A stretch of DNA of 11,864 nt from Bacteriovoracaceae bacterium (lineage in GTDB: Bacteria; Bdellovibrionota; Bacteriovoracia; Bacteriovoracales; Bacteriovoracaceae), in NCBI GenBank assembly GCA_049599895.1, contig JBMYPC010000095.1, positions 1 to 11,864 on the forward strand, written 5' to 3'. The position numbers and the translations under genes were made by a program. The first letter of the stretch is position 1; each line of letters opens with the position of its first letter. Positions 1 to 6,441 of the stretch are shown here, one piece after another. The notes under the pieces were generated by a model. It saw nothing but the letters and a program-made list of their open reading frames with translations. It did no database searches and was not told the origin of the DNA.

Positions 1-183
1 TTGATTCCTGGTCCGTAAACTCCAGCATTGATTCCTGGTCCGTAAACTCCAGCATTGATTCCTGGTCCGTAAACTCCAGCATTGATTCCTGGTCCGTAAA
101 CTCCAGCGTTCGGTCCATAAATTCCAGCATTGACTCCCGGTCCATAAATTCCAGCATTGACTCCCGGTCCATAAATTCCAGCG
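1..183 (-). repeat. Coding tandem repeat block A, 27-bp units encoding G[IV]NAG[VI]YGP
   Basis: ttgattcctggtccgtaaactccagca at 1-27, 28-54, 55-81 and 82-108 (last base differs). A 21-bp unit follows at 109-129, then the variant ttgactcccggtccataaattccagc[ag] at 130-156 and 157-183. The block reaches the window edge. Confidence 0.95.
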
Positions 184-1244
184 TTCGGTCCATGAATTCC
201 GCCATGGATTACAGGTCCATGAATTCCGCCATGGATTCCCGGTCCATGAATTCCGCCATGGATTCCCGGTCCGTGAATTCCGCCATGGATTCCCGGTCCG
301 TGAATTCCGCCATGGATTCCCGGTCCATAGATACCACCATTAACTCCTGGCCCATGAATTCCACCGTGGATACCACCATGAACTCCTCCATGGACTCCAG
401 GTCCATAGATTCCAGCATTTGGTCCATAAACTCCGCCGTGTACTCCTGGTCCATGAATTCCAGGGCCGTAAATTCCACCGCCAACTCCAACACCTGGAAT
501 TCCTCCAAGTCCGTAGCCACCATAAGGACCACCAACTCCACCACCGTGAGGCCCATAAATTCCGCCTGCACCTGGAGCACCGATAATTCCGCCCATTCCA
601 GGTACGCCGCCGTAGCCTCCACCTGGTCCGTATCCATATCCACCACCAGCATATGGCCCCATCATTCCACCAAGGAATCCAGGACTGTATCCGGCACCTA
701 CATAAGGATTACCAACTCCGCCTCCATAGCCTCCGCCATAGAGCCCACCGTAACCGGCATAGTTCCCATAGCCGTAACCATTACAGTTGCCCATGAGATC
801 ATCTGCTTGTTCCGGAAGAATTGGAGCAGCTCCTCTTTCAAGAGAATAATTTAAATAAGAATCAAATCGATTTGTACAAGCCGTGTGTCCGTAGCGATAA
901 GCATCAGCCCACTCTTGTTGAGTTTTATGTTGATATCTTGAAGAAACATAAACAGAACCAAATAAAGCTAATGGCCCGGCCACAACTCCTAAAGCTTCAA
1001 CCCAAGGGTTTGGCTTATCTTCTTCATGAAAAAGACAATCGATACAATCAACACCAGCGTGTGATGACATATGAATTCGGTGACATGATCTATAGTCTTT
1101 TTCCCAACTCTTTACGTAACGACAAGGATCTTCATCATAACTATCCAGATAACTTGGATCGTCTGCTAATCCTAACTGCCCCCATGCACTCAGTGGTACA
1201 TGAAGTAGTAATAAAGAGAAAAAGATTAGTTTAAAATTCTGCAT
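1..1244 (-). CDS. Secreted/exported Gly-Tyr-His-Pro-rich repeat protein (3' end outside the window, at least 414 aa)
   Basis: Hand translation from ATG at 1244 stays open to the window edge: MQNFKLIFFSLLLLHVPLSAWG|QLGLADDPSYLDSYDEDPCRYVKSWEKDYRSCHRIHMSSHAGVDCIDCLFHEEDKPNPWVEALGVVAGPLALFGSVYVSS...GNCNGYGYGNYAGYGGLYGGGYGG...(GIHGGIHGP)n...(GINAGVYGP)n. A GGAG RBS lies 6 nt upstream. The N-terminus looks like a Sec signal peptide. All repeat unit lengths (27 and 21 bp) keep this frame. Confidence 0.9.
   Translation of the reverse strand, partial: MQNFKLIFFSLLLLHVPLSAWGQLGLADDPSYLDSYDEDPCRYVKSWEKDYRSCHRIHMSSHAGVDCIDCLFHEEDKPNPWVEALGVVAGPLALFGSVYVSSRYQHKTQQEWADAYRYGHTACTNRFDSYLNYSLERGAAPILPEQADDLMGNCNGYGYGNYAGYGGLYGGGYGGGVGNPYVGAGYSPGFLGGMMGPYAGGGYGYGPGGGYGGVPGMGGIIGAPGAGGIYGPHGGGVGGPYGGYGLGGIPGVGVGGGIYGPGIHGPGVHGGVYGPNAGIYGPGVHGGVHGGIHGGIHGPGVNGGIYGPGIHGGIHGPGIHGGIHGPGIHGGIHGPGIHGGIHGPVIHGGIHGPNAGIYGPGVNAGIYGPGVNAGIYGPNAGVYGPGINAGVYGPGINAGVYGPGINAGVYGPGI
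187..321 (-). repeat. Coding tandem repeat block B, 5 x 27 bp encoding GIHGGIHGP (one copy VIHGGIHGP)
   Basis: ggtcc[ag]tgaattccgccatggattccc at 187-213 (ends attaca), 214-240, 241-267, 268-294 and 295-321. Confidence 0.95.
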
Positions 1245-1250
1245 TGGTGA

Positions 1251-1254
1251 CTCC
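1251..1254 (-). promoter_or_regulatory. Shine-Dalgarno sequence of the repeat-protein gene
   Basis: The minus strand reads GGAG-TCACCA-ATG(1244). Confidence 0.7.
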
Positions 1255-1346
1255 AGATCCCAATTTTCTTTCTATTCTTTCGACTTTACGGAGTATTGGA
1301 GTACATTCTTTAACTAAATTCCCAATAATTGATGAAGACCATCAGG

Positions 1347-1385
1347 TTGACTTTTACCATAACCTATTATTTACAATAGGTTATG
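1347..1385 (+). promoter_or_regulatory. Candidate sigma70 promoter overlapped by a perfect inverted repeat (possible operator)
   Basis: TTGACT (1347-1352), a 19-bp spacer, then TACAAT (1372-1377). The inverted repeat CATAACCTATT-atttac-AATAGGTTATG spans 1358-1385 and ends on the ATG at 1383-1385. Confidence 0.5.
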
Positions 1386-1973
1386 AATAATTCGCACATC
1401 AATTTTTTTTCAGCTCAAACTTTTACTGACCATCCCATAAGTTGGCTAATACTCCTAGGTCTTATTCTAATACTAATTGCGATGACCCTCATCATAAAAA
1501 AAGAGGGGCAAAAAATAGACTACGAGCACGAAGTTTTTGAAATCGGAAACTTTCAAATCAAAGTTCCTCTCTGGTGGACCCAAAAGGAAGGTCCAAATAA
1601 ACAAAGCCTCTCCTTTTATCGATCCGACACAGCCTACGAATGGCTTGCGACTTATTACTGGTACCCCAAAAAAGACATTGAAAACTCAAGCGAAGAGTTT
1701 TTTAGAAATTTTATTTTAAATGAGAAACTCGAACTTGATGAAAGTGAAGCCATTATTGATGAGCTTCATTCAAAATCTAAAGAACATTACAAAGTGTTTC
1801 GAATCGAAGGAACAGCAACTCAGGCCAAGATTAAACGCTGCTATGTTGATTGCTTTATCATCGAAGATGAAAAGAATAATGAAGTTCTCATTGGCTATAG
1901 CTGGAGCTCAATCCTTAATGGACTCGTAGAGGGACCTTATTTTGAGAGAGTTCTAGAAACTTTGCTTGATTAG
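1383..1973 (+). CDS. Hypothetical single-pass membrane protein, soluble domain possibly PsbP/DcrB-like
   Basis: 196-aa ORF with an N-terminal TM helix (ISWLILLGLILILIAMTLII) followed by KK. The motif FQIKVPLWW and the later beta-strand pattern are reminiscent of the PsbP/Mog1/DcrB fold (inference). Confidence 0.75.
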   Translation: MNNSHINFFSAQTFTDHPISWLILLGLILILIAMTLIIKKEGQKIDYEHEVFEIGNFQIKVPLWWTQKEGPNKQSLSFYRSDTAYEWLATYYWYPKKDIENSSEEFFRNFILNEKLELDESEAIIDELHSKSKEHYKVFRIEGTATQAKIKRCYVDCFIIEDEKNNEVLIGYSWSSILNGLVEGPYFERVLETLLD

Positions 1974-2416
1974 TTTTTTCGAGGTGAAAAAGTTCTGATC
2001 TTTTGAACAAGAAATGAAGCGATCTCATCATCCGTTCCAAAAACATCATCAACAAGATCATTTTCTAAAAGAAACTGAGTCATTCTTAATGAAATCTGAT
2101 GAAGTGATTCAACAAGATAAAGTCCACCAATGTTTTCTCCACTAAAACCTTTGATGATTTCTTTTCTTGCGTGGTTGTACATTTCAGATTCTGTGACATC
2201 TTCAGGAAGATTGTCCGCACCCATCTTCTCTTCAACTTCTTCAATTGCTTGTTCTTTAATATCTTCGTCTGTAGCAAAGCAAACACCAAACTCAGTGGCC
2301 ATTGCTTCGATAAGTGCATCACGATTTGTTACGTGAAAATCAATCGTATTACTTTCTTTCAAGTAATTTATCGTAAAACTCGCTAGATCTTTCAACGTTT
2401 CGAAATCAGTCTTCAT
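1970..2416 (-). CDS. DUF507-family-like acidic helical protein
   Basis: 148-aa ORF with an AAAGG RBS upstream. The pattern (L..LA...I..LKE...I.F ... DEDI.E.A.EEVEE ... MY...RKEI) resembles DUF507 proteins as I recall them. It is co-oriented 50 bp downstream of murJ. Confidence 0.7.
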   Translation of the reverse strand: MKTDFETLKDLASFTINYLKESNTIDFHVTNRDALIEAMATEFGVCFATDEDIKEQAIEEVEEKMGADNLPEDVTESEMYNHARKEIIKGFSGENIGGLYLVESLHQISLRMTQFLLENDLVDDVFGTDDEIASFLVQKIRTFSPRKN

Positions 2417-2466
2417 TAATATATGCCTTTACAGTACTTATTACTAAGAGAATAACAGGTTATCCG

Positions 2467-3996
2467 CTACTTAGCCAAAACCTTTTTTAAAAAATTCCCC
2501 TCACCAAGGAGAAATAGAATACCCAAATAGCTTAATCCAGAAAGGAGTAAAATCATAACAAAAATTGCGGATTTCATTAAAAATATACTTGAATAATCAA
2601 TATATAGCTCACTAAGCCACCATGCAGCGATACCTGAAATTGAGGAGGAAATCATCATCTTTAACTGACGCCCCCCAATAACTGAGAGAAGGTCAAATCC
2701 TAAATCTTTTTTAAGCTTGAAAAACTGGATCCCTGCATTAATTAAAACCGACAAAGATGTTCCTAAAGGTAAAATCCAAAAACCGTAGAGAGGAGTTAAA
2801 ACCCAACAGAATAGAATATTAAAAATCACACAGCCAACTGAAGTCATGACCGGAAACTTGGGATTGTCTAATGTGTAAAAAGTTGGAGAGAAAATTTTAA
2901 AGAGCCCATAGGAAGGAAGCCCTAGAGCAAAGAACTTCAAAACCCATTGGGTTTGCTGAGTATCTTCTGCTGTAAAAGCTCCCCTCTCAAAAACTAAATG
3001 AACCATGGGCTCAGAAAGGCCAATAAGAAGGCCTGTGCAAAAAAGAAGAAGAAATAAGGAATAAGAAATAGAAGACTTAAAATAACCCATGGCCTCCTCT
3101 TTTCTCTGTCCTTTCCAAGCAGCAGAAAAATGCACAAGGTTTGAGTTTGCAAGAGAAACCCCAATAATCCCCACGGGAAATTGATAGAGCCTAAAAGCAT
3201 AGGTTAACCACGAAACCGCACCAACCACAGTTCCAGTTGCAAGATAAGTGTTCACAATAATATTGAGTTGATTGGTCGCAACTCCAATAGTTCCAATCCC
3301 CATTCTGCCTAGAATACTTTTTTGATTCTCATCCCAAAGCTTTAAACCCTTAACAGGCCCAAGCCTTTTTTTAAGCATAAGAGGAACTTGAAATAAAAAC
3401 TGAAAAGCTCCCCCCAAAAGAACTCCCCAAGCAAGAGCGAGAATAGGCTCCATACCTTTTGAAGCAAAATATTTTGAACCAAAGAGAATCGCACCAATCA
3501 TAGCGACATTAAAAGTTGCTGGTGCAAATGAAGGAATAAAAAAGGCCTTAAAAGTATTCAATGCTCCCATCACTAATGCCGCTAAACTAATCAGCATTAA
3601 AAACGGCGCCATAATTCGAACCAAAACAACAGTGAGTTCAAACTTCTCGCGATCCTTTGCATACTCAGCGTCTGTCATAAGCGCCACTAAATCTGAAGCA
3701 AAGTATTCAATTCCAAGAACGATGAAAAAAGTAATACCTGTTAACAGACAAAAGCTAGACCAGATAAGCTTGCGGGCTTCTCTTTGCACCGAATCATCCC
3801 CCTCTTCTTTAACTTTGGAGAGGATCGGAACAAAGGCTGCAGAAAAAGAGCCCTCTGCAAAGAGATCCCTCAACATGTTTGGTATTCGATAAGCAATTTG
3901 AAAGGCGTCCGTCACCCCACTGGCACCAAAGGTTGCCGCCATAGCAAGCTCTCGTATCAATCCAAGAACGCGTGACAGCATTGTAGCGACACCCAT
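2467..3996 (-). CDS. murJ: Lipid II flippase MurJ (MviN); true start may be CTG at 4032
   Basis: Hallmark motifs ATMLSRVLGLIRE, FGASGVTDAFQIAYRIPNMLRDLFAEGSFSAAFVP, SWLTYAFRLYQFPVG and LVFERGAF, with many TM segments. Confidence 0.96.
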   Translation of the reverse strand: MGVATMLSRVLGLIRELAMAATFGASGVTDAFQIAYRIPNMLRDLFAEGSFSAAFVPILSKVKEEGDDSVQREARKLIWSSFCLLTGITFFIVLGIEYFASDLVALMTDAEYAKDREKFELTVVLVRIMAPFLMLISLAALVMGALNTFKAFFIPSFAPATFNVAMIGAILFGSKYFASKGMEPILALAWGVLLGGAFQFLFQVPLMLKKRLGPVKGLKLWDENQKSILGRMGIGTIGVATNQLNIIVNTYLATGTVVGAVSWLTYAFRLYQFPVGIIGVSLANSNLVHFSAAWKGQRKEEAMGYFKSSISYSLFLLLFCTGLLIGLSEPMVHLVFERGAFTAEDTQQTQWVLKFFALGLPSYGLFKIFSPTFYTLDNPKFPVMTSVGCVIFNILFCWVLTPLYGFWILPLGTSLSVLINAGIQFFKLKKDLGFDLLSVIGGRQLKMMISSSISGIAAWWLSELYIDYSSIFLMKSAIFVMILLLSGLSYLGILFLLGEGNFLKKVLAK

Positions 3997-4208
3997 TTTA
4001 AAAGATGAAAATAAAATTTTATTTGATTTCAGAGACTCCCCTTTTCTTAACGCCTACGGTCTAAAACAAAAAACCGACTTTTCAAATAAAGCTTTTCAAT
4101 TTACGCTCACTATACATTGTGATAATTCAAAGAATCTCAAAAATTTAAACTCTTGAGTAGTCTTTTATTGGAATGTTGTCTTATGACAACGAAAAGGAGA
4201 AGTGGTTC

Positions 4209-6209
4209 ATGGAATCAGTTATGGGATTTGCAGGCTATAGTTGGATTATAGGCTGTCTAGGATTTGGGTTTGCGGTAGCAACTTATTATTGGGTTAAAAA
4301 TCAGCCAGCGGGTAATGCGAAGATGACAGGAATCGCAACACTCATTGAATCTGGTTCAATGACGTTCCTTAAAAAGGAATACACTATCCTCATCGGATTT
4401 TTGGCCATCGTTACAATTCTTCTAGGTGTAAAACTTGGAACGAATACAGCGGTTGCTTATGTAATCGGTGCCTTTACTTCTATGTTCTGCGGATACATGG
4501 GAATGAAAGCTGCAACTAAAGCGAACGTAAGAACAGCAGAAGCTGCAGCTCAAAGCGGACAGGGAAAAGCTCTCACTGTTGCTTTCTTTGGTGGATCAGT
4601 TATGGGGATGGTTGTTGCCTCTCTTGGTCTTGTTGGTGTTGCTCTTGTTTATAAATTTTTAACAGGAACATCTATTGAAGCCCTTAACGGTTTTGCAATG
4701 GGTGCTTCTTCAATTGCTCTTTTTGCTCGTGTTGGTGGTGGTATCTATACTAAAGCTGCTGACGTTGGTGCTGACCTTGTTGGTAAAGTTGAAGCAGGAA
4801 TTCCTGAAGACGATCCAAGAAACCCAGCAACAATTGCTGATAATGTTGGTGACAATGTTGGTGATACTGCTGGTATGGGTGCCGATATTTTCGAGTCTTA
4901 TTGTGGATCGGTTATCGCAACAATGTTTATTGGATCAAAGCTTGCTGAAAATACAACGGGAGCTATCACACTTCCAATTATCGTCATTGCCATTGGACTT
5001 ATCGCTTCTTTATTAGCGGTTCTTACAATGAACCTTTTAAAGAACTCAAACCCAGCAAACGCTTTAAGAATCACTCCTGTGATTGGCCTTCTTGGACTAT
5101 TCCTTGGTGCTTATTTTGTTGTTGATGCTCTTAATTTTACTGTTTTCCCACATAGAATGGGACCATTCATTGCTATGGTGATTGGATCACTTGTTGGTCT
5201 TTCAACTGGTTTTGCAACTGAGTACTTTACAGCTGGAGAATTCAGCCCAGTAAAGAAAGTTGCAAAAGCTGGTAAAACAGGTCCAGCGACAAACATTATT
5301 GCTGGTCTTGCTGTTGGTATGTATTCATGTATTCCACCAATCTTTTTAATTGCTCTTGGTATCTACTTCTCAAATATGTACGCAGGTCTTTACGGAATCG
5401 GTATTGCTGCTGTTGGTATGCTAGCAACAACTGGTGTAACAATGACTGTTGATGCTTACGGGCCAATCTCTGATAACGCTGGTGGTATCGCTGAAATGAG
5501 TGAACTAGGACCAGAAGTTAGAGCGATTACTGACGGACTTGATTCAATCGGAAACACAACTGCTGCTGTTGGAAAAGGTTTTGCGATTGGTTCAGCGGCA
5601 CTTACAGCACTTGCAATGTTCTCTGCATACGCTTCAGCTGTTGGACTTCAAACAATTAACATCATGACTCCTGAAGTTGTTATCGGGCTTTTCATTGGTG
5701 GAATGCTGCCATTCTATGTTGGTGCGAACACAATGGACTCAGTTGGATCTGCTGCTCAAAAAATGGTTGAGGAAGTAAGACGTCAATTTAGAGAAATTCC
5801 AGGAATCATGGAAGGAACAGGAAAGCCTGACACTGAAAGATGTGTTGAGATTGCAACCGCTGCTTCACTTAAAGAAATGATTCTGCCAGGTGTTGTCGCA
5901 ATTCTTTCACCACTTCTTGTAGGATTTATCCTTGGTAAAGAAGCTCTTGGTGGAATGCTTGCTGGTGCTACTGTGACAGGTGTTCTTCTTGCACTTTTCA
6001 TGGCAAACGCTGGTGGTGCTTGGGATAACGCTAAAAAAGCGATTGAACAAGGACACGTTGAAGGTGAATCTAAAGGTGGCGAAGCTCACAAAGCAGCCGT
6101 TACAGGTGATACTGTAGGTGACCCGTTCAAAGATACTTCAGGACCTGCGATGAACATTCTCGTTAAGCTTATGAGTATTGTGGCACTTGTTATAGCACCA
6201 CTACTTTAA
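4209..6209 (+). CDS. hppA: Membrane-bound pyrophosphatase, K+-dependent, probably Na+-translocating (666 aa from ATG 4209)
   Basis: Motifs [65 protein letters not shown] and [19 protein letters not shown] at 4195-4199 favours ATG 4209 over the track start at 4173. Confidence 0.97.
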   Translation: MESVMGFAGYSWIIGCLGFGFAVATYYWVKNQPAGNAKMTGIATLIESGSMTFLKKEYTILIGFLAIVTILLGVKLGTNTAVAYVIGAFTSMFCGYMGMKAATKANVRTAEAAAQSGQGKALTVAFFGGSVMGMVVASLGLVGVALVYKFLTGTSIEALNGFAMGASSIALFARVGGGIYTKAADVGADLVGKVEAGIPEDDPRNPATIADNVGDNVGDTAGMGADIFESYCGSVIATMFIGSKLAENTTGAITLPIIVIAIGLIASLLAVLTMNLLKNSNPANALRITPVIGLLGLFLGAYFVVDALNFTVFPHRMGPFIAMVIGSLVGLSTGFATEYFTAGEFSPVKKVAKAGKTGPATNIIAGLAVGMYSCIPPIFLIALGIYFSNMYAGLYGIGIAAVGMLATTGVTMTVDAYGPISDNAGGIAEMSELGPEVRAITDGLDSIGNTTAAVGKGFAIGSAALTALAMFSAYASAVGLQTINIMTPEVVIGLFIGGMLPFYVGANTMDSVGSAAQKMVEEVRRQFREIPGIMEGTGKPDTERCVEIATAASLKEMILPGVVAILSPLLVGFILGKEALGGMLAGATVTGVLLALFMANAGGAWDNAKKAIEQGHVEGESKGGEAHKAAVTGDTVGDPFKDTSGPAMNILVKLMSIVALVIAPLL

Positions 6210-6234
6210 TCAAATAAAAAATTGATTTGATATT

Positions 6235-6263
6235 AGGGGCTCTTTTTAGGGCCCCTTTTTTTT
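6235..6263 (+). terminator. Rho-independent terminator of hppA
   Basis: Stem AGGGGCTCT / AGGGCCCCT (one G-U pair) with a TTTT loop, followed by a T8 run, about 25 nt after the stop codon. Confidence 0.9.
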
Positions 6264-6441
6264 GATGTTTTTACTACAAGATCGAAGAATTGTAGTCAGT
6301 TTCTCAAGACAACAAAAATGGTACCTTAGACAAACTTAGAAAACCTAACCAAATTTTGATCAATTCTTTGCACTAATCCCCTATTAAGACCATGATATTA
6401 ATGAGATGATTTCCTCTCAATTCGTTGCCATTGGGGTCTAA

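Noticed and set aside
1..321. CRISPR array (27-bp repeats with internal GAATTC/CCATGG palindromes)
   Set aside because: The units are head-to-tail with no unique spacers, all lengths are multiples of 3 inside an open frame, and no cas genes are present.
209..652. Track ORF 209..652 (-), MAEFMDRES repeats
   Set aside because: It is an alternative frame of the same repeats. The frame from ATG 1244 has the RBS and signal peptide, and most unit-to-unit changes are synonymous or conservative in it.
1..780. Higher GC content as a sign of horizontal transfer
   Set aside because: Gly/Pro codons explain it. The 5' part of the same gene is as AT-rich as the rest of the window, and no mobility genes are present.
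1..780. Collagen-like protein or RTX nonapeptide repeats
   Set aside because: Gly is not at every third residue, and the 9-mers lack the Asp residues of the GGxGxDxUx RTX motif.
192..854. Track ORF 192..854 (+), MNSAMDSRS repeats
   Set aside because: It is the antisense shadow of the Gly-rich gene, kept stop-free by the repeats, and has no RBS.
1035..1085. c-type cytochrome heme motif in the repeat protein
   Set aside because: The sequence has RSCH and CIDCL but no CxxCH.
821..1234. Track ORF 821..1234 (+), 137 aa
   Set aside because: It lies entirely antisense to the N-terminal domain of the 1244 minus-strand gene and has no recognisable features.
1352..1385. Canonical XerCD dif site
   Set aside because: TTTTACCATAA resembles a XerD arm (9/11), but no XerC-like arm lies 6 bp away. 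The palindrome core is TATT-N6-AATA rather than ATAA-N6-TTAT.
1970..1973. 4-bp overlap of convergent stop codons (TTAG)
   Set aside because: This is a common arrangement in compact bacterial genomes and is not informative alone.
4173..4208. hppA start at 4173 as given by the ORF track
   Set aside because: There is no SD before 4173, while a strong AGGAG precedes ATG 4209.
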